Part shown: positions 28,740 through 39,471 of the stretch, piece by piece
How positions within the stretch are numbered: the first letter of the stretch is position 1
Layout of the letters: every line of letters begins with the position of its first letter
NCBI GenBank assembly: GCA_963674825.1
Contig: OY771587.1
Span: forward strand, 3,008,001 to 3,072,000
DNA length: 64,000 nt
DNA from: Candidatus Cloacimonadales bacterium
GTDB taxonomy: Bacteria; Cloacimonadota; Cloacimonadia; Cloacimonadales; JAIOQZ01
Direction of reading: 5' to 3'
Position numbers and translations under genes: made by a program
Notes under the pieces: generated by a model
What the model was told of the DNA's origin: nothing
What the model saw: only the letters and a program-made list of their open reading frames with translations
Databases searched by the model: none

Positions 28740-30749
28740 ATGAAGTGTTCGTACATTATTATATGCTTTTTTTTCGCTGTAAGCCTTGCTTTCACTAATG
28801 TCTCGGTTCTAAACGCGGAAGAAAACGCAAAGAACGAAGTTTTGGCTGAATTTGACGGCGGAAAAATCACAACGCAGGACTTAGAAAACAAACTTGAAAA
28901 AATCCCGCCGATGCAGAGGGAACGCTACGAGACAATCGATGGGAAAAAACAGGTGCTGGATATCATGTGCACCGAACAAATGTTTTATCGTGAAGGCCTT
29001 GCCCTCGGTAAAGATAAAGATCCGGCGATTCTCGAGCAGATCGATATAAGAACACGCCCGGTCGTCATTCGCGCCTACCGCTCGAATGAGTTTAAAAAAG
29101 ACCTCAAGATCACCGACAAAGAAAAACGCGAATTTTACGAAGAGAATCGCGATAAAATGTTCAAAGTAAAGCCCGATTACAGCATTATGTACATCCAGGT
29201 CGAAAACATGGATGATGCGCAGGCTGCAAAAAAGATGTTCGACGAAGGCAAAGACTTCATCGACGTCATGAACCAGTATTCCACCAACAAGTACTCGCGT
29301 GAACGCGGCGGCAAGATCGATCACATCAACAACAGCGGTTACATCAAGGGTGTTGGACGCGATGAAGCACTCGACAGCCTGATCGTAAACGCTCCGCTGA
29401 ACCAGTTGATCGGGCCTGATTCCACCGAGACCGGTATCCATTTCTTCAAGGTTGTAGAATACGAACCTGCACACTATAAAGAATATAAGGATTCCGAGAA
29501 GCTTATCGAGCAACGGCTTCAGCCGATAAAAGAATCCGAACTGTACATGAAAGAGACAGAAAAGCTCTTTGCTGAGTTCGATATTGTGATTGACAACGAT
29601 TTGATAAAGAGTGTAAACATCAAAGACGATTCTCTCTCGGCAGAAGAGATGCAGAAGGTAGCTGTCAACAGCAGTAACCCCGAGTTTAAAATCACGGTTG
29701 CTGACCTGTTTGATATGTATAAAGAAATTGGCGCTGAACAACGCGGCCAGTTCGAAAGCCCGGATGCTCGTATCAACATCGTTACCAAGAATTTAGAAGA
29801 CCGTGTGTTCTTCCTGGACGCAAAACGTAAAGGTTATCTTGAATCGGATGAAGTCAAAGATGAACTCGATCAGATTCGTTATGCCGGCATCCTTCGCGCT
29901 GCATACGACGAAGACGTTCTGAAAAAGGTTGAGCTTAGCGACGAAGAGATTCGTAAAGCGTACGATGATGATAAAGAGAGCTATGCCGTCAATCCGACCC
30001 GTAAGATTCGTACATTCCACTTCGCTACCGAGAAAGAAGCGAAAAAAGCTCGTAAAAAAGCAATGAAGTACACGAAGAAAGATCAGATGGACAATTTGAA
30101 CGAATTGATTCAGGAGTCCTCTTTGTTTACACGCAATGATGGCGTCATTGACAACATCAGGGACAACAAGCTCATCCCGAACGTCGGTAAGGATGATAGA
30201 TACTCCGAAACCGTCTGGGCAACCCCGGTCGGCGAATTCTGTGAGATATTCGAATCGGCAGCTGGCGAATTCGTGTTCTTCCAGGTGCTTGAAGAAACTC
30301 CGCTCACCTACAAAGATTTCGAGACTGTCAAGACGACTATTTCCTCGAATCTGTATCGTAAAAAAGTTCGCGAGAAATTCGAAGCTGTCACCAAGGAACT
30401 CGAAGAGAAATTCCACCTGGTGAAGTATCCTGAAAAGATCGACATGAGTCTGACTGCCGAGCAGCTGTTCAACATGGCGGAAGATGCGCAGAAGCGTAAA
30501 CGCTACAACGATGCTGTCACCTACTACGACCAGATCATCAAGGTTTACAAGAACGGTAGCGACGACTACAAGGCGACCTTCATGAAAGCGTTCCTCTACT
30601 CGGAAGAGCTGAAGGACAACGAGAAGGCGAAAGAGCTGTTCCAGTCCGTTATCAACGACTTCCCGCAGGGTGATCTGCACGAATCGGCTGAGTTCATGCT
30701 CCAGTCGCTTAACGGCGATGTTGATTTCCTGGAAAACATCAAAGAATAG
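28740..30749 (+). CDS. Exported parvulin (PpiC-type) peptidyl-prolyl isomerase/chaperone, two rotamase-like units plus C-terminal TPR
   Basis: Signal peptide; ITDKEKREFYEEN and LSDEEIRKAY repeats; STETGIHFFKV; C-terminal TPR (AVTYYDQII, AKELFQSVINDFP). Confidence 0.82.
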   Translation: MKCSYIIICFFFAVSLAFTNVSVLNAEENAKNEVLAEFDGGKITTQDLENKLEKIPPMQRERYETIDGKKQVLDIMCTEQMFYREGLALGKDKDPAILEQIDIRTRPVVIRAYRSNEFKKDLKITDKEKREFYEENRDKMFKVKPDYSIMYIQVENMDDAQAAKKMFDEGKDFIDVMNQYSTNKYSRERGGKIDHINNSGYIKGVGRDEALDSLIVNAPLNQLIGPDSTETGIHFFKVVEYEPAHYKEYKDSEKLIEQRLQPIKESELYMKETEKLFAEFDIVIDNDLIKSVNIKDDSLSAEEMQKVAVNSSNPEFKITVADLFDMYKEIGAEQRGQFESPDARINIVTKNLEDRVFFLDAKRKGYLESDEVKDELDQIRYAGILRAAYDEDVLKKVELSDEEIRKAYDDDKESYAVNPTRKIRTFHFATEKEAKKARKKAMKYTKKDQMDNLNELIQESSLFTRNDGVIDNIRDNKLIPNVGKDDRYSETVWATPVGEFCEIFESAAGEFVFFQVLEETPLTYKDFETVKTTISSNLYRKKVREKFEAVTKELEEKFHLVKYPEKIDMSLTAEQLFNMAEDAQKRKRYNDAVTYYDQIIKVYKNGSDDYKATFMKAFLYSEELKDNEKAKELFQSVINDFPQGDLHESAEFMLQSLNGDVDFLENIKE

Positions 30750-30771
30750 GCTAAAACGTTAACGATAACTT

Positions 30772-30808
30772 GACGGGGTTGTGAATGAAACAACCCCGTT
30801 TTCATTTT
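30772..30808 (+). terminator. Intrinsic terminator
   Basis: ACGGGGTTGT-N7-ACAACCCCGT followed by TTTCATTTT. Confidence 0.75.
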
Positions 30809-30866
30809 GCTTGACAAGCCAGTCGGATCCGATTGGATTGAATAAAAGAAATAGAGGAGGTAGAAG

Positions 30867-32854
<1,988 letters not shown>

Positions 32855-32879
32855 TATGCGGTAAATTACCAATCAATAT

Positions 32880-32909
32880 GGGACGGCTCTTGGCTGTCCC
32901 TTTTGTTTT
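32880..32909 (+). terminator. Intrinsic terminator of fba-gap
   Basis: GGGACGGC-TCTTG-GCTGTCCC-TTTTGTTTT. Confidence 0.8.
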
Positions 32910-33119
32910 GCAAGTTGGTGCAATGTTAATAAATCGGCGTTCTATAATGAGCCGTATTTTGCTTAAAATCAAGCCTCTATTGCAATGTATGGAACGGCCG
33001 TTGCTCTTTTTCATTGAAAATCCTTTGACAAAAAGGTTTTGATGTGCCTTTACTGGCAGTATACGAAGATGTGTTTAATAGGTATGCAGATGTATGCTTA
33101 CAATCAAAGAGGAGGAATT

Positions 33120-35939
33120 ATGAAAAGAACGTTCGTTCTTGTGTTCGCACTGCTTTTCGCAAGTTTCCTTTTAGCAGGTCCGACACCGGTCAAAGGTTCT
33201 GTCACAACACAGGCTGTTGAACAGACTCGCGATGACGTGATCTACTGGACGGAAGACTTTGAAACCGGCCTCAACGGCTGGACGGGTGTTGACGAAACTG
33301 CACCCGCAGAAGAATGGCATCTTTCCACGGAAGGCGCTTATGATGGCAACTCCTGGTGGATGGGTGACGAATCGATCGGTGGCTACACCAACCACCGCTA
33401 TATCGTACTCGATACACCGATGCTTACCATGCCTGCTGCTAACCCGCAAATGACTTTCATGATGCACTACAACATGGAAGGTGTTGGCGGAACCGGCGAC
33501 TATGACGCATGGGACGGCTTCAACGTACGCGTTTCTACCGATGGCACAACCTGGACCCCGATCGCTGGTTCACCGGCTTATGACGCTGACAGCTTCTACA
33601 GCTTCGGTAACGAATTCAACGAAGGTCCTAATGTTCCCGGTTACGGTGGAACCAATGACGGTTGGGAAGAATACACATTCGACCTTTCCACTTATGCTGG
33701 ACAATCAATCGCGATTCGTTTCGCGTTTGCTTCAGATCCCGCTGCATGTACCGATGACGGTGATGGCGACGAATCCTGGTTTGGCGTACGTCTTGACGAC
33801 ATCAATATCGCTGACGTCCTCGTTTCCGATGGCGACGGCGCTGCTGGCGACGACCAGCTGATCCCCGGCACACTCAACGATGTTGCTGGCGACTACTGGG
33901 CAATCAGCACCGAGAACTACTACAGTGGCGAACAGTCAGCTCACTGCGCCGTTGAACACGGTCAGCTTGACGCGCTGATTTCTCCGCTGATCTCCGTCCC
34001 CGATCTTCCTGAAGTTTACTTCAGCTACTACGCTTTCTGCGAAATGATCGACTCCGACGGTAACGAAGACAACTCACTCGAAGACTACTATCTCGTGTAT
34101 GTGAAGGCCGAAGGCGAAACCGCCTGGACCCGTCTGCACTACCTGTTTACCGGCCCGGATAGCGGTGGTCTTTCCGCTGACTGGACCAATGTCAATCAGG
34201 CATGGGCTCTTGAAAACCTCACCTGGCAAACTGACGCAACTTGCGACATCACCGAATTCGCTGGCATGGACGTTCAGTTTAAATTCCAGGTAAAGACAGA
34301 CGACAACGACGACGGCGGTATCGGCGACGGTCTGTTCATCGACGATGTCAACATTTACGCCCCCGTCTTCCTTCCCTCGCCAACCGAGCTTACCGCTGAA
34401 GACAACGGCGAAAACCAGATCGAACTGAACTGGCTTAACCCGATGGCTTCCGGCGAACCTGGCTGGCTCCACTGGGATGATGGCGAGAACGATGATGGTA
34501 TCGGCCTCAACTCCGCTGCTATCCTGGACGCAGCTGCTCGCTTCACCGCTAGCGATCTGCTTCCTTACACCGAATTCCTTATCACCAACATCAAGTTCTT
34601 CCCGAGAGAAGCTGATTGTACTTATACACTCAAGATCTGGGACACCGGTGCAACCGAACTCTACTCTCAGGAACTTACAAGCGTCACCAACGAAGCCTGG
34701 AACGATATCGAGCTCGATACACCGTATGAAATCCAGCTTGGCGACGAACTCTGGATCGGTTACCGCGCTGACACCAACGCTGGTTTCCCGATCGGTTGCG
34801 ATGCCGGCCCGGCTGTTCGCAACACCTCTTACATCCGTATGAACAACGGCGCATGGACCGAGCTGTATGAAGCAGGTGAGAATCCGCTTGATTACAACTG
34901 GAACATCCAGGCGTATGTCGATACTCAGGGTGGAACCCGCAACCCGATGCCGCTTCTTAGCCGCAACATCACCGGTTACAAGGTCTTCCGTGCAACCGAA
35001 GCTGGTGGCTTTGACTTCAGCAATCCGATCGTGGAAATCACTGATCCTGAAATCACAACTTACATCGACGAAAGTCCTGAATTCTTCGCAGTGAACTACT
35101 ACACCGTAGTAGCTACCTATGATGATGGCGATTCTCAGCCTTCCAACGAAGCCAGCGTCTACGTTATGGACCCGATGGGTGCAGAACTTATGTACGACGA
35201 CGGCGAAGCCGACGACGACTACACACCGTCACCTGGCCAGCAGATGGCTGTTAAATTCACCCCTTACATCAACCCGAATGTTGATCACATCCTTATCAAG
35301 CAGATGAAAGTCTGGGTCGAAGACCTCGGTTCATCAAACGCTGTTGTGAAGATTTGGGCGGATGACGGTGAAAACGGAATGCCCGGTACCGAACTGGATG
35401 CATTCGTTCTCGCAACCAGCCAGCTTACTGCAGGTTGGAACATCATCAACCTTTCCGAAGATATCGAATTCAATGGCAATTCGTTCTACATGGGCTTCAT
35501 GGGATCACCAAGCTGCCCGACCTACGGCGCTGACGACAGCACCTCTGGCTATAGCTACACCGGTGACACTTCCGGTACCTGGACTGGCTGGAACAACGGT
35601 AGCTTCATGGTCCGCGCGATCGTCAACCGCATGACCGGAACCGACGAAGAACTGATCCCGACATACGAACTCAGTGCTTCGAACTATCCGAACCCGTTCA
35701 ACCCGACAACGACCATTCGTTACAACGTTCCCACTGAAGGCAAAGTGACTGTCAAGGTGTTCAACACCCGCGGTCAGCTTGTCAACACGCTGGTTAACGA
35801 TGTTGTTGACGCTGGCCAGCACGATGTTGTATGGCACGGCGAAAACAGCCAGGGTAAGAACGTCTCCAGCGGTATCTACATGTACAAAGTAGAGGCTGGT
35901 GGAAAGAGTGTCATGCAGAAGATGCTGCTTCTGAAATAG
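33120..35939 (+). CDS. Secreted acidic multi-domain protein (jelly-roll/MAM-like and FN3-like domains) with a FlgD-Ig/T9SS-type-A-like C-terminal domain
   Basis: GGAGG RBS; signal peptide; WTEDFETG, FDLSTYAGQSIAIRF, GLFIDDV; C-terminal NYPNPFNPTTTIRY...VSSGIYMYKV...KMLLLK. Confidence 0.85.
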   Translation: MKRTFVLVFALLFASFLLAGPTPVKGSVTTQAVEQTRDDVIYWTEDFETGLNGWTGVDETAPAEEWHLSTEGAYDGNSWWMGDESIGGYTNHRYIVLDTPMLTMPAANPQMTFMMHYNMEGVGGTGDYDAWDGFNVRVSTDGTTWTPIAGSPAYDADSFYSFGNEFNEGPNVPGYGGTNDGWEEYTFDLSTYAGQSIAIRFAFASDPAACTDDGDGDESWFGVRLDDINIADVLVSDGDGAAGDDQLIPGTLNDVAGDYWAISTENYYSGEQSAHCAVEHGQLDALISPLISVPDLPEVYFSYYAFCEMIDSDGNEDNSLEDYYLVYVKAEGETAWTRLHYLFTGPDSGGLSADWTNVNQAWALENLTWQTDATCDITEFAGMDVQFKFQVKTDDNDDGGIGDGLFIDDVNIYAPVFLPSPTELTAEDNGENQIELNWLNPMASGEPGWLHWDDGENDDGIGLNSAAILDAAARFTASDLLPYTEFLITNIKFFPREADCTYTLKIWDTGATELYSQELTSVTNEAWNDIELDTPYEIQLGDELWIGYRADTNAGFPIGCDAGPAVRNTSYIRMNNGAWTELYEAGENPLDYNWNIQAYVDTQGGTRNPMPLLSRNITGYKVFRATEAGGFDFSNPIVEITDPEITTYIDESPEFFAVNYYTVVATYDDGDSQPSNEASVYVMDPMGAELMYDDGEADDDYTPSPGQQMAVKFTPYINPNVDHILIKQMKVWVEDLGSSNAVVKIWADDGENGMPGTELDAFVLATSQLTAGWNIINLSEDIEFNGNSFYMGFMGSPSCPTYGADDSTSGYSYTGDTSGTWTGWNNGSFMVRAIVNRMTGTDEELIPTYELSASNYPNPFNPTTTIRYNVPTEGKVTVKVFNTRGQLVNTLVNDVVDAGQHDVVWHGENSQGKNVSSGIYMYKVEAGGKSVMQKMLLLK

Positions 35940-35959
35940 TACACTGTACTACATAATAC

Positions 35960-35996
35960 AAACCCCTCTTCTTCGTGGAGAGGGGTTTTTCTTTTT
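35960..35996 (+). terminator. Intrinsic terminator
   Basis: AAACCCCTCT...AGAGGGGTTT followed by TTCTTTTT. Confidence 0.82.
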
Positions 35997-36020
35997 CTGT
36001 TTGACCGTGCACATTTCCCC

Positions 36021-36047
36021 CTGGGTACGCAGAGCTCCAGCTCTGCA
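36021..36047 (+). repeat. REP-like palindrome, CTGGGTACGCAGA family, copy 2
   Basis: CTGGGTAC-GCAGAGC-TCCA-GCTCTGC-A; shares its 5' head and pyrimidine tail with 2692-2717. Confidence 0.65.
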
Positions 36048-36214
36048 TCTCTTCTCTCCAACAATCATTATAAACTGTGAAATCAATATTCGGAAGAGCA
36101 TCACTGCGTTCGACACCTTCGGAAGATGATTTCATGGTAGCGTCAGACTTTCTGGGCAATAAAAAAAGCTGGAGCATGAACCCCAGCCTTGGCATGAAAA
36201 ATTTGTGTAGCGGG

Positions 36215-37150
36215 TTATTCGCTAAACTCTTCCTCTTCCGCGCCGAACATCCGTTTGACCGAGCTACCGACGTTTTTGACGGCGTCCCATGTCTTCTTGC
36301 CGCTCATCACGATCAGATCCTTATAGATACGCTGTGTGACATCGGAGAGGATGTTGTGGGTGGTGCTGGCAATGGTCTGAACCGCAGGAAGCAGGTCGCT
36401 TTCCTTCTGAATGAAAAGCATGGTGCAGTAGCGCTCGGTGATCAGCGAGATGCGCGTAAGGAGAGCCGCATTGACCATCCCGTCTGCAAGCGAGCTGAGC
36501 ATAATGTTCGCTCCGGGGAGTTTCCGCATGCCGTCGGTGGCGTAGCGCGAAAAGAGCTCTGTGATGAAGTATTCAACGCCTTCAGAGCCGGCAATCATCG
36601 TAGAAAGCATGACAAGTCTTCCGATAGACCACAAATCGCGATTGGATACCCGTCCATGATAGAGTTTGAAGAACTCGCGCACCATATTGATGCTGGCTGT
36701 TAGCATCAGGAATGCGTCGATGAAGCCATTTTGAGAAAGGGTTGTGCTGTAGAACAATGACGTTACGTACCGCTTACGGATTCGCGCGCCTTCCTTCTTA
36801 AGCTCCTTCAACACAAGATTGTAGCCGTCTTCGTCGTTTGTAATAACCGAAAAATCGAAGCGCTGCTCGATAAGATACTTGTTTTCGCGGAACCGGGTCA
36901 ATCGCTTTTCGACCAGAATGGGAACGCGTGAGCGATCTTTCGCCGGCGGTTCATTGGGGCGCAGCAACAGCACCTTAATCAGCGGTATGGCTACGAAATA
37001 GACAAACGCCGCGGCCAGCAGGATGAGAAATCCATATCCCGCCCACGGATGCATCAGATAGAGCGATGTATAAAGCTGCAGGAATTCCTTGATCACGAAG
37101 TAGATCAGGAACATGGAGAAAAAGAATAGGATGCGCTGGATGGTTTTCAT
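36215..37150 (-). CDS. DUF697/YcjF-like membrane protein
   Basis: Two N-terminal TM helices; STTLSQNGFIDA and SLADGMVNAALLTRI motifs. Confidence 0.7.
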   Translation of the reverse strand: MKTIQRILFFFSMFLIYFVIKEFLQLYTSLYLMHPWAGYGFLILLAAAFVYFVAIPLIKVLLLRPNEPPAKDRSRVPILVEKRLTRFRENKYLIEQRFDFSVITNDEDGYNLVLKELKKEGARIRKRYVTSLFYSTTLSQNGFIDAFLMLTASINMVREFFKLYHGRVSNRDLWSIGRLVMLSTMIAGSEGVEYFITELFSRYATDGMRKLPGANIMLSSLADGMVNAALLTRISLITERYCTMLFIQKESDLLPAVQTIASTTHNILSDVTQRIYKDLIVMSGKKTWDAVKNVGSSVKRMFGAEEEEFSE

Positions 37151-37163
37151 AGCTCCTCCCGTG

Positions 37164-37739
37164 TCATTCGGGTAGTATCGGCGTTTTCGAAACGAGTCCG
37201 GCAGCGTCGAACGAAATATAAACCTTCTGCGAGAAGTCCCACTGGTAAATCCAGAGGTTTTTCTCGGGGATTTCGAAGCGAGAATTGAGCGGATACCCCA
37301 GGGTGCGGATCACGGCCTCTTTGCTCATGCCCTGCAAGACTTTGCCCTGTCCTATGTTCGTGCGCTCTGCGTCGGTGAGGCCACCGGTTAACTCGTTGTA
37401 AGTATGCGATGTGAACATACGATGCAGCAGGTCCTCGGTCTGGAGGTCTCTGTCTTCGTCGCGATCGATGATGACGGTGAAAAACTTACCTCGTACCTGG
37501 AAGGTAACAGTTGGGTTGCTGGTCGAGCTGAGTTCGTCAATCACATCGAGCTTGTCGATGCGTGTTCCGGCCGGTATGAAGCGGCCTTCGATACGATTGA
37601 GAGAGGAAATATGCTCGGGATCGGTGTACCATAGGTTATGCGCCAGATACCATGTTTTTGTTCTATCCAGCTCGAAATCCTTACAAAACATTGTTGCGCT
37701 GATGATGGCGAGTATGGCGATAAAAAAAAGTTTCTTCAT
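37164..37739 (-). CDS. Exported hypothetical protein with an SmpA/OmlA-like C-terminal motif
   Basis: MKKLFFIAILA signal peptide; GMSKEAVIRTLGYP...WIY. Confidence 0.65.
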   Translation of the reverse strand: MKKLFFIAILAIISATMFCKDFELDRTKTWYLAHNLWYTDPEHISSLNRIEGRFIPAGTRIDKLDVIDELSSTSNPTVTFQVRGKFFTVIIDRDEDRDLQTEDLLHRMFTSHTYNELTGGLTDAERTNIGQGKVLQGMSKEAVIRTLGYPLNSRFEIPEKNLWIYQWDFSQKVYISFDAAGLVSKTPILPE

Positions 37740-37752
37740 CGGAACATCCTTA

Positions 37753-39471
37753 TCACTTGGTTTGCACAAAACCGCGAATCGCGGGAGCGAAGACGCTCTG
37801 ATCGTGCCCGGTCAGGAACATAATGGCGATATCTTTGCGTTTCTGGGCATCTTGGGTGAGTTCCAACCGCCGCAATTCGGCATAACCGGCTGCGATTTCG
37901 TCGGTGTAATCCCTCTCAAGCAATGTCATGGCAGCACCCGTCTTGCCGCTTAGGATCGCCCATTCGGCTGCCTGGATGAGGAATGTCTCATTTTGTGTGT
38001 GCTCGTAAAGCGTCTGAAGCTTCTCGAGCGCGGTATCGAAGCGATAGAGGTTGAAGGCGCGATAGGCGTCGAAGAACAGGTTGCGGTCTTCGCCTTCCAG
38101 TTTCTGCGTAAGTTGCGATAGCATGAGCGCATCGTTGACGTTCTCCTGCCCGGCGTCTCGAATGATCATTATATTGAGCAGGGTGTCAGCATTGGCATCG
38201 CCTTGTAGTAGATACGAGAGATAGCGATAATAGAAGCTCATGGTTTCAGCATCGGAGCCTTCCTTCTGACCACGAAGCGTTTCCTGAATCTTCCGGTCGG
38301 CCTGGTCGTACTGCTCGTTCATAAGGTACAGGTGTGCGATCTCGAACTGCAAGCGATTCTTCTCACGTTGATTCGAGGTGAATTGCTCCGCTTCATTGAG
38401 GTAATCAATGATTGTTTCCGCCGGTTGCTGCCGGATCAATGCGATATCGGCCAGCAATTCGCGACTAAGCTGATTCGCGCCGATGCGATATCGTCCTGCG
38501 CCGCGTTGCAGCACCTGATTAGCTCGAATCTCCTGCAGGATGTTCTCCGCAACACTGAGACTATCGCGTGCGATTGCGATTTTTGCAAGCATGATGCTCG
38601 CGTCAGCTTTCATGAAGATGTCATCAGTTTTATCGATAAATGTGTTATAGGCACGCTGTGCAAGTTCGAGGTCACCTGCTGCCAAACGCTCGTTAGCAAA
38701 TTGCTGGAGCTTGTCCGGCGCAAGGTCGCTGTAGATGGCAAACGCCTGATCCAGCTCGCCGATCTCCACCAGCGATTGGGCGTAGAGCTCGATCAGGAGA
38801 GGGTTTCCGCTGTCGATAGTATTCCTGCGGATGATGGAGACAACATCCGGCTTCTCCATGATCATGTCCTTGAGCTTGCGATTGACGTAGTGGAAATAGC
38901 CCGGATTTTCTTCGAGCTGCGTAACGAGCTCCGGTATTGCTTCTTCATACTGTCCATTGGCCTGATAGACTCTCGCCAGTTCCAGGTGCATCGCGGATTC
39001 GGTTCCTGCTGCATCACGCGCCAGAAGCAGGTAACGAATCGCGTTGTCGTAGTCGCGATATGCTTCAAAAACTGTTGCCAACTCACTGAGAAGCAACATA
39101 TCTTCGGGTGACTCTTTCGCTTGGGTCTCAGCATACTTGCTCGCACGCTTGAAGTCGTTGTCACGCAATATGATGGAAAGCTTGTTACGCACATACTTCG
39201 GCTTCTCGAGAGCGCTGCCATACTGCTCCAGAACGGCTTCCGCTTCTTCGGTTTTCGATTGCAGAAGCAGGTTACGAATCAGATTCTCAACTGCCGGTGC
39301 GTGATCGGGGTTTTCCTTCAGGAGCTCCCGGTACATCTGGTTAGCGTCGTCGTATTGTCTTCTGAGCTCGAAGCTGCGAGCCCGTTGCATGTAGATTTTG
39401 GTTACGTCGTACTGCGCCAGCAACGTCGAGGCGATCAGCAGGGTGAGCGTAATCAGTATCAATCGTTTCAC
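37753..39471 (-). CDS. Exported tetratricopeptide repeat protein
   Basis: Signal peptide; repeated helical TPR patterns (LARVYQANGQYEEAI). Confidence 0.8.
   Translation of the reverse strand: MKRLILITLTLLIASTLLAQYDVTKIYMQRARSFELRRQYDDANQMYRELLKENPDHAPAVENLIRNLLLQSKTEEAEAVLEQYGSALEKPKYVRNKLSIILRDNDFKRASKYAETQAKESPEDMLLLSELATVFEAYRDYDNAIRYLLLARDAAGTESAMHLELARVYQANGQYEEAIPELVTQLEENPGYFHYVNRKLKDMIMEKPDVVSIIRRNTIDSGNPLLIELYAQSLVEIGELDQAFAIYSDLAPDKLQQFANERLAAGDLELAQRAYNTFIDKTDDIFMKADASIMLAKIAIARDSLSVAENILQEIRANQVLQRGAGRYRIGANQLSRELLADIALIRQQPAETIIDYLNEAEQFTSNQREKNRLQFEIAHLYLMNEQYDQADRKIQETLRGQKEGSDAETMSFYYRYLSYLLQGDANADTLLNIMIIRDAGQENVNDALMLSQLTQKLEGEDRNLFFDAYRAFNLYRFDTALEKLQTLYEHTQNETFLIQAAEWAILSGKTGAAMTLLERDYTDEIAAGYAELRRLELTQDAQKRKDIAIMFLTGHDQSVFAPAIRGFVQTK

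Noticed and set aside
28881..30680. Long antisense ORFs (286 and 295 aa; also 47609-48586, 60034-60957, 38332-39111, 27551-28345)
   Set aside because: They lie opposite well-supported genes and have no recognisable motifs; they are typical codon-bias shadows.
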